The notes under the pieces: generated by a model
The model's input: the letters and a program-made list of their open reading frames with translations, nothing else
What the model was told of the DNA's origin: nothing
Database searches by the model: none
Part shown: positions 36,001-51,795 of the stretch, in pieces
Position numbering within the stretch: the first letter of the stretch is position 1
Layout: the number at the start of each line of letters is the position of its first letter
Assembly: GCF_009914755.1 (NCBI RefSeq)
Contig: NC_060937.1
Strand: one strand, 5' to 3'
Source: the human T2T-CHM13v2.0 reference genome, Homo sapiens
DNA: 64,000 nucleotides
Translations under genes and position numbers: made by a program

Positions 36001-36899
36001 TGGGTTTTAATACTTTTGTATTCACACTAATTCTAGATATTTGGAGTATACAACACTAAATGAAGCTATGCCAAGGCAAGCCGGAGGGATTTCTAATATC
36101 ATTTACCATACTTCCTCCTTTTCTTGAGTAAATTTCAAAATGGAGTATTTTTATAAACATTCCATTAGAGACCAAAAGGCTTTGATTTTCAAAGTAGCAG
36201 TGATGGCCAAAGGCTTCATTGTGCCAGAAAAAACACTGCAGAGCAGTTTGGGAGCTACAATTGATATCGGAACTGTATTCTGCCAGAATCTAACAGAAGC
36301 TTAAAGGATTTTTCAGCTTGCAATATTAACTGATACATACATTCTGGATGAGAGAGAAAAGGATGCCAGTTCCCCTTGTCCAAATAGCTCTAAGAGATAC
36401 AAGATCATTTCTGTCCCTAGTAAAAGAGAAATGGAAGTCCTATTGGTATGACCTTTGAGGTGGTATAACTAAACTAAAGAGCATCTCTAACAACAAAAAG
36501 TTCCTAAGACCATATTTTCTCATAGTCTATCACACAGAAAAACAGGACGTGTTTGAAGAAAACAAATGTGGTAAAAGAATACCACACCTGAGTACCAAAA
36601 AACTAATAAGCTCTAGTGCTACGCTACTATCCTTGAGCAATTCACTTTGCCTTTCTGGTTCTCAATGGCAATTCCAACAAAATGGGTAAATGCAGCAAGC
36701 CCAGTGGGTGGCCAAGACTGCCAAAATTCAGAAATGCCTTCTTGAGGAGGAACAAGGGGGACATTGGGGAAGTCAGTCCACTTGCCTCATCAAACTTTGA
36801 CTTTATATGTTTCCCTCACTTGGTAGCTGAGGTAATGAAACAAAGCGAAAGCTATCTTTGGACCTGGACCAGCTTTTGTGGTGTGGCCTATCTGACAGG

Positions 36900-37900
36900 T
36901 TTTCAGTGTTGATATCCTTGCTTTATATGGTTCCAATATGCACAAATTTCAGTTACCATGGTTTAATTTACAAGTCACCCAACAATATGGTTCAAATTTC
37001 AGTTACCACACCATTATTAATGAGTAACTGCATGAAGTAAAACCTTCACTTCTAGCTTTTCAGTTCAAAAAACACTACATAAATAATAGACGTGCTTCAT
37101 GATCAGTGACCCATCAAGTCACTTCTTTCAAGGTCAGTCAGTGATTAGTCACTGTGCATTTACCTGTTTTTCAGTTAACATACAGACAGCAAAGTGTGCA
37201 GCTGGGCTGCTCCTTGTCTCCCAGTAAAAAACCCGCATGACATTTCACAAAAACAGTTAATAAAACGACAGAACTGGTCAACAAAGATGAAGGTGTAACA
37301 AAGAAATAAACAATGATAACATTGGAAGTGAAATTGAAATCAAATGTAAATGTAGTTATGGAAGAAATCACTGACTGTGGGAATATTACAACAATGTCAG
37401 TCCATTCAAGAAATTCTAGATATGCCAGAAGCACTTTGTAGAGGCAAACTTATTGACATGGATGAGAAAAGTGGTGGTGAAAAGGATGAAGATGTCTAGA
37501 GAAAATGACAGGCTGACAAAACACTTCGCACTAAAGCAATGTGGAGCTCTTTCACGATATTGAGAGCAAACGATAAAATGCTGGAAGTTGATGCAAACTT
37601 AGGAGTGTGAAAATTCATCAAGGTATCAGAAATGATGCTAGCTTCATATCATAAATTATATGAGAAGGGAAGCACTATTCAAATTATTCTCCAGAAGTTT
37701 TTCACAAAAAAACCACGAATTCTCAATATTTCTCATGTTTCAAATTGTACTACATAAATATCAATGTACTAAATATTACTTTTACTGTTCTTGCCTATCC
37801 ATATACATATGTAATTGATAATAAGAGTTAAATGTTTTGACAAAGTTGCTAAAGGTCATCAAACAATTGTGATTTTTCCCATTAATTACTAAGACTGCTT
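36900..37900. mobile_element. TcMar-Tigger-like DNA transposon remnant
   Basis: GGTTCCAATATGCACAAATTTCAGTTACCA terminal-region motif with a repeated AAATTTCAGTTACCA; subfamily not assignable by eye. Confidence 0.55.
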
Positions 37901-37905
37901 TGGTC

Positions 37906-38120
37906 CATGGCTCATGCCTGTAATTCCAATGCTTTGGGAGGTGAGGCAGGAGGATGGCTTCAGCTCAGCAGTTCAAGACCAGCCTAGGCGACATAATGAG
38001 ATCATGTCTCTCCAAAAAAAAAAATATATATCAGGCACAGAAGCATGCGCCTGTAGTCCCAACTACTCAGGAGGCTGAAGCTGGAGGATCGCTTGAGCCT
38101 GGGAAATCAAGGCTGCAAGT
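37906..38120 (+). mobile_element. AluJ, partial
   Basis: J-type Alu motifs, 3' truncated. Confidence 0.85.
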
Positions 38121-40204
38121 GGGCTTCATAAAGTAATGGTTGATATGGGACAAAACCAAATAAATTTATGTGTCTCAAATATTTTTCTTTAAAGAACTGC
38201 CACTTAATCTGAGAAAGAATGATCCATTCATAGAATGGATTTTATTGTGGACTTGCCTGTCTACATAGCCATAGTAGCTTCTCATTTCCTAAATTTCAGA
38301 AATATTAGGAAAGTATCTTTTCTATTTTAAACACAGGGAGCTAAGGTTTCAGAGAGAAGAGCTTTCCATTTGCCCTTTCCTTTCTTAATTATATCTCCCA
38401 ACACACAATCTACCAGTTTCAGATTCTCTGAGTTTCCTAACTCCTCTTTTTGATTACACTTAATAAGTGAGTAGCCTTAACAGGAGCTCTATAGAAATCC
38501 GAGTTTTGACAGAAGTGAGAAGAAAAATGAAAAGGTCCTGGTACTGGTATCTATCTTGTGTACATGTGTGCAGGGTGGGTGGGGCACAATTTAGGAAAAG
38601 CGGACAGGGAGGACCAGAGCTGTAGGAAACCCAAAACTGTGTTAGGTGGTGGGGGAGAAGGTTCAAAGCCTCTGGCATCTCTTTTCTCTCACCTGCTTCC
38701 TATGGATCATTTGTGCATTACCCATCCTTGTATATGTGTTGGGAGGGTAGAGAGGAAACATTCTGTCTTTAAACTACTAGGGAAGTTTTGGGAAGCAACC
38801 CATACATTTATACTGTTGCTGAGCTATATAATTTGCCAATGTTTCCTCAAGAGAGTTTTCTCTTTTTAAAATTAAGCTGTCAGTTACAAAATTGCTACAT
38901 TCCTAGAAATTTGTTAATCATAAAAGTACTATCTATGGTCAATCCTAGTCACACGCGTTGGTTCCACAAAAATGTTAAATGAGATATACTGAAAGAGAAC
39001 ATTTAAAAAAAAAAAAAAAAGGAAAGTGAACTTTTGGCTGGAATTTACCGAAAGTAAGTGTAACAAATACATCTTTAACACTGCATAACTGACTACTATT
39101 GACAATGATGATGACAAAAAGAAAAGCAGCTGCCACAATTCATTGTTTACTTGGCATCAAGCACAGTGCTATATGCTTGATATATATTATCTCATTTAAT
39201 CCTCATATCAACTTTATGAAGCAAGATTCATTATTCTTATTTTAAAAATGAGAAATGAGAAGCTTAAAAGGGGCTTAGCAGCAGGAATAGGATTTGAATC
39301 CAAGTCCTTCTGAACCCATACACCATGTTTGAAATCGTATTAAATACTTGAACATAAGGCCCTTCTTAAATAATATCAGTACCTATTTATATTTCATATC
39401 AAAATGTAGACTAGATTTTTCTAGGCAAAATGTGTATACAGAGTCAATGAACTAGGATTCTTGTGCTATTTATTGGTACATACATTGGCTAATAGAAACA
39501 CAGAGGAAATACAAAAATTGTAGGAAGACATATAGTATGTATGCACAAATTCAGTAAACATTTATCAAACCACCACCATATTTTAGGCATAAATCCAGTA
39601 ATATTTTGAAATTTTAAAAGATCATTTATTAAAGTGGCCTTGCATGAAAGTACAGCATTGACAGACCACCCTGGTAAATGCCAACCCAAATATTTAACCA
39701 GAGATATAAAGACTAAGTTTGAAACAGAGCTGAAAGCATAATACTTAAATGTGCTATGTATAGAAAGTATGTATGATAAACTTGCCTGGTTCATGCACAA
39801 TCAGCAGGTATCTTCAACTACAAGTAAAAGATGTTTTTTATATGAAATGAGAAAAACTAAATGCAAAATTTTAAGGCCTAAACATCACATGGGTTATTTC
39901 TCAGGGTATAATTAAGAGAAATAAAAAAATACAAGCTACGTTATGTTGCATCTTAGTTTTATCACAAAACAGAAAGTGTTCCAATATTTGCAAGAATAAA
40001 AAATGCCAGAATTTCACCCTTAAAGACAAAGTTGATAAAGACAGGGGAACAAGACAAAGAATTATGCCCTTGCAGTAATTCCTTATCCCTCCATCTTCTA
40101 AAAGTACCATTTAAAAATCAAAGTAGAGTTTGCTTTTCAAGTTTTCAAATGAAGAGCAGGGTTAATAATTAATAGCTTATATTATTAACACTATATTATT
40201 CATT

Positions 40205-40282
40205 TATTTTTGAGACAGGATCTCATCCTGTCACCCAGACTGGAGGACTGGAGTACAGTGGCATGATCACGGCTCACTGCAG
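40205..40282 (-). mobile_element. Alu 3' fragment
   Basis: TTTTTGAGACAGGATCTCA...GGCTCACTGCAG. Confidence 0.75.
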
Positions 40283-42519
40283 AACAAAATTTTAAAGGAA
40301 ATTCTTTGTGTGTTTATCTTATTAAACCAACTATGCATTTGTAGTTAAAAAACTGTGGTGAAAATTCTGAGATGCCTTAGAAATTAATAAAAATGACCTG
40401 AGTGTTGAACAGCATATGTGAACTGAAGAGGAACAGACAGCTCCCTTTTGTGGTAAACCTCTAAGGGCTGACCCACATAGTATTGGGTCAGCAGGTGGAT
40501 AAGGAGAAATACAGAACTAAACTGTGTTCCATGCTGGCCAATTTCACCCTACTTGCTTCTGTGGCAATTGGAACATGGTCTCTGGCCTTCTGTTTGGAAA
40601 CTGCAACTAGTTAGCCTCCATTTCCAAGGTTTCTTTCCTTCTCTCTGGGCAGCACACTGGGCAAAGTTGCCCAAAACAGGATGCCTAACTCTAAGTACTA
40701 CTTTCTCTGCATTGCCTGTGAGGACAGACTACTCTTTTTACTGTGGAATAAATTCTATTCTATTTGACAAATATATCTCATTTTGATTCCATGCAGAAAT
40801 GCCCTCATTTTCTCCCCTCTGCTCCCTTCAACCAACCAAGATCAGCCTTGAAATTTGCAGGACATTAACAGGGATCCTAATCTGTCATGGAAAGGAGAGA
40901 AAATTAAGACATGCTATTTCATATCTTTTTATTTCTAAGAGAAATTAAAGGACTTACATCTTTTCCCAAAATAAAATAACCTTAACAACAAAATCTCAAT
41001 ACTGTAAAAGAGTGCAACTACTGTTGAGTGATAAAAAATATACTTAAAAATCTCTGGATTAGTATCTACCTGTCTATACATTTTCCACCTTAACTAAATG
41101 ATCTCTTATTCTCTCTCAGCATGAAACAAAATCTAAAAGAAAACGAAACACAACAAAAAACTGATCTAGATACCCTGTAATTATTACTCAGATGACAGTT
41201 ATTGAGGACTAATGTGTGCTCAGGGGCTATGAAGAAGGAAAACAAAGGAAGTAGAAGTGATCATTCCTCTTCTCAAACAGTTCATAATCTCTCTGACAAC
41301 CTTACTGCTTAGTCATTAGCATGCACTGCCGCCTCCCCAAGTACCTTATCAATACAATAAAGACAAACTGACAGAAAACTGCAGTACCTGTCTATCCCCA
41401 ATTAAGTGAATATCCAGAGAAGGGTCCCTCAGGCAGCCAAGGGGCCTGAGCACAACTGGCTGTCACAGTCTGGCCCCAGGGTATCATCAGGCTCCCCTGA
41501 CAGTCTACAAGTTCCCCTTCCGGGAAAACCAAAGGCATAGCAGAATCAGTCATTGGATCAGGCTAGGGTCAAATACTAGGAAATCACCACATTTGTCAGA
41601 GAAGAATCGTGATAAACAAAAAAGGCCAGAATAGGTCAAGAAGGGACAACAGCAAGAGCCAGCCAGACCAGCAGTGTTGATGAGGAACCAAAAGGTTAGA
41701 GCATTACTAGCACATCTTGAGACATAGTTTAGAAAGAGCAGACCTGTGAAATGGAACTAACTGCACAGCTCAGAGTCAGCATGGAGACAGGTAAAGGAAG
41801 GAAAATCTGATTCAAGTAAATAGATGCGGACAAGAAACTCAAGACTATAGCCAGGCAAGTCCCTACTATCACCTCCTCTGTTTCTCTTTCTAACTCTGAA
41901 TCTCTGGCATAACTTAAAGAGGAAAGCTTCCAGAAATCCTTTGCTCTAATGTGGAGAAAGTTCCAGGAATCTCTGATTTCCTGTTTTCTTACATCCTTTG
42001 TACTTTAAGCTTCAAGTATTAAAGTATAAGGACTCTTTCCTTCTGTAAGACTCCATAAAAGGAAGATACACACACATATATACGTATTTTGTACAAATAC
42101 ACAAATGTGCATTTAAAAAATATGTCTTGGTGCCAAGGAGCTGCCAGATTAACTGGGTACGACAGTCATGGAAATGATCAACATACAACACGATCATTAA
42201 AACAACAGGGTAGAAGAAGAGTAATCAAAAGTACAAGAGGAAAATGCTACCTCTGTCTAGGAAAATTAGGGAGGGCCTCACATATAAACCAACAACTGGG
42301 CTAGATCTCAAAGGACAGACAGGGATTAACCAGGAAGAATAAAAACAAGAGAAGCTAATGTGGAGAACCAGGGAAAATACAGTATGATGAATGTGGGCCC
42401 AATGAGAAATTCAGCATAGCCAGAGCAGAGCACAAGAAGCGAGGGGCTAGAGAAGAGGCAAGGATATTAAACTGAAGTTATATAGTAAAGACCCTTTTAT
42501 ACTAGACCAAGAATATTGG

Positions 42520-42826
<307 letters not shown>

Positions 42827-43029
42827 CTAGGCAAGAAATAATATGGATCTAAACTAGTGAAAATGAGAAGATGGATTACAGAGGCATTTTAAAAAGGTAG
42901 GCTATAGAGAACATACTAAAGTACTAAAGTCATTAAGAAGGACAGGAACAAAGCGGATCTTTTGCATGGGATGGGGGATTATGAATATGATTTTTTAGAC
43001 ATACACATTCCCCCATCCCACCTCTACCT

Positions 43030-43495
43030 GTTTTATTTATTCTAAAAAAAAAAAAAAAAAAAAGGATACATGTGCAGAACATTCAGGTTTATTACATAGG
43101 TATACGTGTGCCATGGTGGTTTGCTGCACCTACTGACCCATCCTCTAAATTCCCTCCCCTCAGCCCCCACCCCTTAACGGCCCTGGTGGGTGCTGTTCCC
43201 TTCTCTGTGTCCATGTGCTCTCAATGTTCAATTTCCACTTATAAGTGAGAACATGTGATGTTTAGTTTTCTGTTCCTGTGCTAGTTTGCTGAGGATAATG
43301 GCTTCCAATTTCACCCATGTTCCTCCAAAGGACATGATCTCATTCCTTTTTATGGCTGCATAGCATTCCATGCTGTATATGTACCACATTTTCTTTACCC
43401 AGTCTATCACTGATGGTCATCTGGGTTGGTTCCATGTCTTTGCTATTGTAAATAGTTCTGCAATAAACATATGCAAGCATGTATCTTTATAGAAG
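43030..43495 (-). mobile_element. Older L1PA/L1PB 3' fragment (ORF2 C-terminus and 3' UTR)
   Basis: ORF 43228-43410 MIDWVKKMWYIYSMECYAAIKRNEIMSF matches the L1 ORF2 C-terminus. Confidence 0.9.
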
Positions 43496-46191
43496 ATTTA
43501 TATTATTTTGTCTTCCCATTCTTTATACGACACATCATGTCAAGGTAATAGATTTCCTTTAATCCTCATAATAACGCACCCTCATTTTATGTTAAAAAAA
43601 GACTTCAAGGTTAATTTATCCAATGTTATTTACTTGTTTATTCATTCAATTATTCAAAAAATATTTATCAGGTATCTTCAGATACTGGGGGCTTTGGAAA
43701 TGAAGGGGATAGGCAGCAAGGAGCTTAGAGTTTAAAATGGAGCTTAGAGTTTAGAATGGAGGAGACAGACAACAAACAGGCCACGCAATTAAATGAACAA
43801 GACAATTTCAGACAGTGATAATGGCTGTGAAGACAATACTATAATATTAATTGCTAACTATGGACTCTGTTAAAAGGGTATTTTAAGTTTCATTTAACTC
43901 TTACTATTACTTACAAGATAGGTAGTACTATTAACCCTACTGCACAGAAGACAAAAACTGAGATACAGAAAGGTTAAATATCTTTGTCTAAATCACAGAG
44001 CTAGTAAGTAGGCAAGATTAGTGTTCGGTCATATGGAGTCTGGCTCCAAGGTTTGTGTTCACAATCACCATGCTCTACTGTTTTACCCAACCATGATTTT
44101 ATTATTATGGTCTTCTGTTAAGGCAGTAGAAGGTGCTGAGTGAAAGGGCTGCTTTAGATTGAATGATCAGAAAAGGCTTCCCTTCATCTGAGGATTGAAG
44201 GAGACAGCCATGTAAAGATCTGCAAGGAGAGTATTCTAAGCAAAGGAAATAAACACAGCATGTTTTAGAAACAAAGTCTAGTAGAACTGGAGTAGGATGA
44301 GATGGAGGAGTTAAGAATTAGACGAAGAAGAGGTGGCAGATGCAGACTAGCCAGTGAAGAGTCTGGATTTTATTCTAGGAAAACACTGAATAGTTTTAAG
44401 CAGGAGATTTAAATAATTTTATATGTACTTTATTAAAAGACAGTTTTGAGTATGGTGAAAAATGAATTGGGTAGGGAAAGGACGGACAAAATGGAAGAAG
44501 GGAAATTTGAATCCAGGAAGTCTGATTCCAGAGTTAAGCTCTTAACCACCGTGCTCTGTGGTTAATTTGAGGTATAGAATCTCTGGTAAAGGCACAAAAA
44601 AGATAGATGAAAACATGAACCTGCAGTTCAGGAGAGAATGTGAGGTCAAAGATTTTGATTTTGTTTTATAATCTCTGACACATAGGCAGACAATTATTAA
44701 AGCCCTAAGCTAACTGATTTTAAATTTCATTTCTGATGGCTCAAAAAATACAAATAGAGCAAAAAAGGAAGCAAGCCCAGGTCACAATCAATGAAGTCTA
44801 TTCCTTCCTCTTCAGAACACTTCTTTTCATATCTTAATAACAGAAAATATTACTTACTGCCCAGAGTATCTAGAGCCTTTATCCTCCCCCAAAAGGAGCT
44901 GAGGCATTGCTGAAGACTTGTCCATAATGACAAGCCTTGGGGTTGCTGTACAGTAAAATGAACTGCACTCAGGGAGACATTATCAAACCCATAGATCTCA
45001 CTAAAGACACAATGACAGAACACATAACATTCCTGCATACATATTTATAGAAAGAAAAGCCATTAATTCAATTATAACCAAGTTTGATATAAATGACCTA
45101 ATAGTATATCCCATACTATTAAGGTGAGTTAGTAGCTGAGGACAAAAATACCTGCTCTACTAAATCCTCATAATAGTTGGTGACATAGCATGATCCCTGC
45201 CTCAAGTGGCTAGAGAAAAAAAAAGTGGCACAACTGAACAGAGACATGGAGAGAGGGCACAGAACTTTCAAATGCTTTACAAGTCAATTCTTCACATCTC
45301 TTCAAGTTAAAAAAGTCACTAAGGAACTTCTAACTCTACCAAGGATAAGTATATCCACATAGCTTGGCACAGTTTAGGAGTAGTAATTAAAGTCAAGGGA
45401 ATTTAGGAATATGAGAAATCCAGTACTTAAGTGTTCCCTTCAGCTTCTTCCCTTTCTTGATGTTTCTTACCATGTGGGGATGTGACACGCTTCACATTCC
45501 CCACTAAATATTCAGACTGAGAACAGGCCCTTCTGCTTAGAGTAGAAAGTGGTGGATGTAGTGGAGTCATGCTACCAAACTATAAAAATAGAGGGATGAT
45601 GGTCACAGTAGAGAGATGTAAAAATTACATGGACTTTTGCTCTGGTAAATTTGAGAAGAAAGCTAGTGTGCTTACTGAGTAGTACCACGATATGTGGCTA
45701 CTACTACTGGAGAAAAAGGACTGGGGCTGAAGGGACCGCTTAGTACTCCTAACAGCACATGCTGTTTTCTCTCACTCAGAATGCCTTTCTCCTCCCTGAA
45801 ATCTCCATCCTTCAAAGCTGGGCTTAAGTTCTTTTTGATAAAGATCTTCCTTATCCCTGCAACCTAACCATCATTCTCTGAACCCATACTGCTGTCTCTA
45901 TTATTTGGCTTAGTATCTGTTAAGCATTTGTTTCATATATTTTCATGTCATGCCTTCATTAACTACTTTTCTGGAAGCAGGGACCATGTTTTGCTGGGGT
46001 TTTTTTCCTTAATATAAACAATTCTAACCATTCACAGAAGTAGGGAGAACATAATAAACTCCCATTTACTCATAACACATATTCAACAATTATCAAGATT
46101 TTTGTCTTATTTCCTTTGTATTATATCCTTTGCCTTTTGCCAAAGTATTCTATAGTTCATGTTTTAGGATGCATTTCCAAAAGAAAATATG

Positions 46192-46585
46192 GTGCCATAG
46201 ACTAAATGTTTGTGTCCCCCATAAATTCTTATGTTGAAACCTAATCCCTAAAGTGATGGTATTTGGGGCAGGGCCAATAGGAGGTGATGGTATAATATTT
46301 AAAGGTAAGGGCTTCTGGGGCCTATAGGTCAAAAGGTTCAAGCCCTCATAAGTGAGATTAATGCCCTTAAAAAGATGTCCCACAAAGCTCCTTTGTCCTT
46401 TCTGCCATTCGAGGATACAGCAAAAAGACACAGCTGTCTATGAAGCAGGAAGTGGGCCTCACTAGACCAGCTGGCACCTTGATCTTGGACTTCTAAGCCT
46501 CCAGAACTGTAAGAAATAAATTTCTGTTGCTTATAAGCCAATCAGTTTAGGGTATTTTGTTATAGCAGCCCAAAAGGACTAACAT
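46192..46585 (+). mobile_element. MaLR LTR (MSTD/MLT1A-like)
   Basis: TGTTTGTGTCCCCC..AAATTC.TATGTTGAAACCTAATCCC ... CCTCCAGAACTGTAAGAAATAAATTTCTGTTG. Confidence 0.85.
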
Positions 46586-47782
46586 AAATGGTGTTTTCTT
46601 AAGTAATCATGATACCTAAACAAAATTAAGAGTGATTCCTTGCTATTATTTCATTTAATACTTGCTTCATATTCAAATTTACCCAGCTGCCTCTAAAATA
46701 TCTTTCAACAGTTTGTTACTAATCAGTATGCTAACAAGTCCACATTGCATTTGGTTATTATGTTTCATAGTTCTTTTTTACTGTAAAGCAGCACCCTCCC
46801 TCAATGACTTAATGAAGAAACCTAGTCATTTTTCCTATTGAGTATCCCACATTCTGGATTTGTCTGTATGTTTCCTCAGTCATAGGAGTTATGCTTTTTT
46901 CATTCATTTACTCAATAGATACGTAGTAGGAGCAGCATGGGAGCCAGAATCCTATAAAATGCAGTGGTTGCAATAGTGACTACATATTATAGCCCTTGCT
47001 CAAACAGAACAAAGTCATAAAACAATTACACAAAGTGTTAATTATTAGCAGTTGTGACATTTGCTAAGGGAAAGTACAAGTAATAAGAAATCACAGCAAG
47101 GGAACCCAACCTTCTTTAGGGGTCAGAGAGAGTATTTATTTTGTTCCAAGCATCTAGCACAATGTTAAGTAAGAAAAAATTCATTATTTCTGGGTTGGCA
47201 AGTGGAGTAAGTCTTCTTCACATATTACTCTTGTAAACTTAAAGGTCATATCACCACCCCTTGAGCTCTGAAGATCAAATCCAAATCTCTTAGGAGTCCA
47301 AGTTAGGGGAAACTGAAGGGCCAAACAGGTGGTTTCCTCCAGGTGAAATAAATTCAGAAGCATAATAAGGATTCAGAAAGTGGCTAAATAAAGCCAAAGG
47401 AAAAGACTGCATTTTCTGGACAACGAGTTTGGATATTAGGACAAATGAATTTTTGGCAAGGAACAGGATGAATATTATTGAAACCTAGAAGAACATGCTT
47501 AGTAGGCTATCTGCCACATTGCTCAAGAGGGCTTTTAAGTTAAAATTGAGGAAGGAAAAATGTCCAGGTACAGTATAGCAGAGGAGACAAATGATAACCA
47601 ACACCTTCATTTTAAAAGATTATGGTATTGTTTTTAAAAGATTGTCTGTAAAATATATTCGTTTTTATACAATACCATGTTCTTGAGACCAATGTAAATC
47701 TCCTTTGTTCGTACCAGATTTTAGTCAAGTTTTTGGAAAATAGCATGGTATCTGTTGGAGCATCTTAGAAAGAAATATGTTC

Positions 47783-48133
47783 TGTGATGGACTGAGCCAT
47801 GTCCTCACCCTCCCCTCCAAATTCGTATGTTGAAGCCCTGACCTCTAATGTGTCTGTATTTGGAGAAAAGATCTTTAGGAAGCAATTAAGGCTAAATGAG
47901 GTCATTAGGTGTTCCTTTAAGAGGAAAAGAGACCAGATTTCTCTCTCTCCCCCAACCATATAAAGACATAACAAGAAGGTAACCATCTGCAAGCCAGGAA
48001 GAGAACCCATATCACAACCCGACCCTGCCAAATTCTGATGTGGAACTTCTAGCCTCCAAAACTGTGGGAAAATAAATCTGTTGTTCAAGCCACTCGCCTA
48101 TAACATTTTGTTATGACAATCTGAGCTAATACA
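47783..48133 (+). mobile_element. MaLR LTR (MLT1B-like)
   Basis: AAATTCGTATGTTGAAGCCCTGACC...CATCTGCAAGCCAGGAAGAGA...AAATAAATCTGTTGTTCAAGCCAC. Confidence 0.85.
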
Positions 48134-49519
48134 CCTTCCTAATATTTTTCCCTCTCTAGTGTCTAAACTTTAAAGCTCACTCTTCTGTATGATTTGTAGA
48201 ATACTTCTGCTCAACTTGTAGGATACATTGGAGACTAAGGCCAAGTGTATAAAAAAGTATACCCTGACACCTAACCAAGCCGAAAAGAGAAAAATAGTTA
48301 GTCAAGGCATTTTCTAAACCAAGGGATTAAAATGGAATGGGTGATTTTTATTTGCTTGCATTTATTTGTGAACTCTTGAAATGTCTTATTCTTTTCCATA
48401 CAAATAGGAGCTCTCCTCAGGTGAACCAGATCTGGGTATTTTCAGCTGTGGTCAGCTTCTCTCTGAATCCCACTAGGGTTTGGTGATGCAGAGTAAACAA
48501 GGCTATAAATCAAATGCAATGCATTTAATACCTCAATGCATTGCAAATTGATCTGGAATACGGTTTTCAGCTCAAATCGCTTTTCAAGTGAACTTCCCCT
48601 GAAGGGAACCAATGGAAGTTAAAGATGGAAAAATCCTAAAGTTATATTGGATTCAGATGTGCAGCTCCTTTTCTGAGCGCAGACAGAGGCCAAGTTTCCT
48701 CAGGTGAGATTCTTCAGTTCTTTATCCAGTTTGAGCCATGGATATTTTAAAACACACATCCTTGTGGCTGGCATTAAATGTGAAAGCTGGTGGGCAAGTT
48801 TTCAAGAAATAAGAGCTACAAACAAAATAGCTTTCGTTCCATTCAGCATGCTGTGGGAAACGGCTAATGGACAAGCATTACTGTGACTGGCAAGGCAAGC
48901 TGCCAATAAATGATAGGCATAGAGATTCAAACCACTACATAACAGTAACACTTCCTAAGCTTATTTCACTAATTTGTCAAAGTAGGACATTATCTGAAGT
49001 GAAAGAAAAACGGGGTTGGAGAGCACAGGGGAAGAAACTATTTAAACGTAAAAGCCATGCTTTTTTCTCATTGGTTAGTTATCTCTGCCTCCAGTAATTA
49101 TGGTTAGCTTCTGCCATTTCTTGATACCACATCTGGTTTTACCAAGGGCAACATTTCCTCCTTTTCAAATGACAAGCAGAGAGCTATTTCTGGTAGGATA
49201 AATTTCCATTGTTTGCTTATTCCTGCATTGTCTTTTTCCATTAGAAAGAAATGAAGTCCAGTGGTTGGATGGGAAGAAAGTGTGGTGTTCTCATGTGCCA
49301 TCCCTCAGAGAGGTTGCTGGACATTGGGGGCCATATTGTCTTCTCATTTGTCATCTTTTTTTTCTGGAAAAAGAAGAACCTTAAGTGCTGTCTGCGATCT
49401 TTTCTCCATTTGCAACCCTTAAATCCCAACTCTTTCTTAAAATATTGAACAGACAAACTGTTAAGCAGTCCAATGCTTGCAAATTCTTATCTTCTGGAAT
49501 GGAATAAAAACTACTCCAT

Positions 49520-49865
49520 GGCCGGGCGTGGTGGCTCACGCCTGTAATCCCAGCACTTTGGGAGGCCGAGGCGGGTGGATCACGAGGTCAGGAGATCGAG
49601 ACCATCTTGGCTAACACGGTGAAACCCCGTCTCTACTAAAAATACAAAAAATTAGCCGGGCGAGGTGGCGGGTGCCTGTAGTCCCAGCTATTCGGGAGGC
49701 TGAGGCAGGAGAATGGCGTAAACCCCGGGGGGCGGAGCCTGCAGTGAGCCGAGATCGCGCCACTGCACTCCAGCCTGGGCGACAGAGCAAGACTCCGTCT
49801 CAAAAACAAAAAACAAAAAACAAAAAACAAAAAAAAAAAACAAAAAACAAACAACAAAAAAAAAC
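49520..49865 (+). mobile_element. Young AluY (Ye-like) with a long patterned A-tail
   Basis: Near-consensus and CpG-rich; GGGCGAGGTGG and CCCCGGGGGGCGGAGCCTGCAG variants; TSD AAACTACTCCAT. Confidence 0.93.
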
Positions 49866-50026
49866 AAACTACTCCATAAGGGAAAAATAAGTTTACTTAA
49901 TTGTATAGTTTTAAATCAGCAAAAAATTCAATGAACAATGTCCTAAATTCTATTTCAGATAGGCTTTTTTTTAGTGTAATGGTTAAGAGCACAGACTCTG
50001 GGGCTGGGCTATTTAAGGTCAAATGA

Positions 50027-50328
<302 letters not shown>

Positions 50329-50843
50329 TGGTCAAATGCTATTTCTAACACTTCCACTTGTGAAGATTTAGGTAAATTAATTTAAACTCTTTATGCCTCC
50401 ATTTTCTCATCTGAAAATAGAGAATAATAATAGTTCTTCATTACAGGTTGTTGTATCTTGCAAAGAGAAAGAACTATATGAACATTAACTATTACTAAGA
50501 CTATCTAAGAAAATAGCTAAAGGGCATTACCTTAATCTCACTACTATGTTAGTACTATTAAACAGTTATATGTAAAACCAAGTCAATGCTCACTTGTGTT
50601 AGGTCACATTATTCACCAGATAAGAAAAAAGTACAGGCATAAAATTCTTTCTTTAAAATTAGCCTTAACCGAGACTAAAATTTTACCAACAACACGAAGT
50701 ATAAACTTGACTTTTAAAGGCAAGACATTCTACCTAAATCTACATGATTAAATGAAGAGTCAAACAAAAAACAAACCCTCACAGCAGCCTAGTCTAAAAT
50801 ATTGACATAATCTGAAGCATTGCTCTGGGAGCAAAATACATAC

Positions 50844-50932
50844 TTTTGAGGTGATCTGTTATCAACTTCAGCCTTCAGTCGTAAATTCTCCCTCACCAGA
50901 CCACCATTTTCCAATTTCAATTTTTTATTTGC
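50844..50932 (-). CDS. OBI1: OBI1/RNF219 exon 5 (coiled coil)
   Basis: TAG acceptor, GTATG donor, 89 nt; ANKKLKLENGGLVRENLRLKAEVDNRSPQ(K); phase matches exon 6. Confidence 0.92.
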
Positions 50933-51472
50933 CTAAAATAACAAATTGAAAATAAGTAAGCAAAAGCTACAATAAAAGTGACTTGTAAAAATTACAACAT
51001 GAGCCATCCGTATTTTTTAGAGTGATAATATCAGAAAACTGAATAGTAGAACATGGCCTTCAGAAACTTAAAATCACTACTGGGAATGACTTCAGAAACT
51101 GAATACTACTGAGCATTTTAAAACCATATTCCCCAAGCACTTTGCAAATCTCCTGTCCAGGGAAATAAACAAAACTATGTTAGTTAGCTTAGAGTCATTA
51201 AGGGACCATACTAATGGCAAATGTATGTGTGATTTTTTTTCTTTTTCACATAACTGAATATTCTAGGCAAGGTAACATTATACCACATGCAATATCGGCA
51301 AACTAATGCTGAAGAGTTAATTCTTGAGCTTTGAAATTGATTTCTGGGGTGCTGTTTAAAAATTTTTTTCTAGTGATAACAAATCTAATATGATTTAACC
51401 ACTTGATTTTTTCTCTTCAAAAAGGCTTTTCCAACGTTCTGGCTCACAACTTCTAGGGCCCTCAAAATTGGA

Positions 51473-51795
<323 letters not shown>

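Noticed and set aside
43720-43757. 19-bp imperfect tandem duplication GGAGCTTAGAGTTTA(A/G)AAT
   Set aside because: Lies within an old L2-like remnant; ordinary slippage
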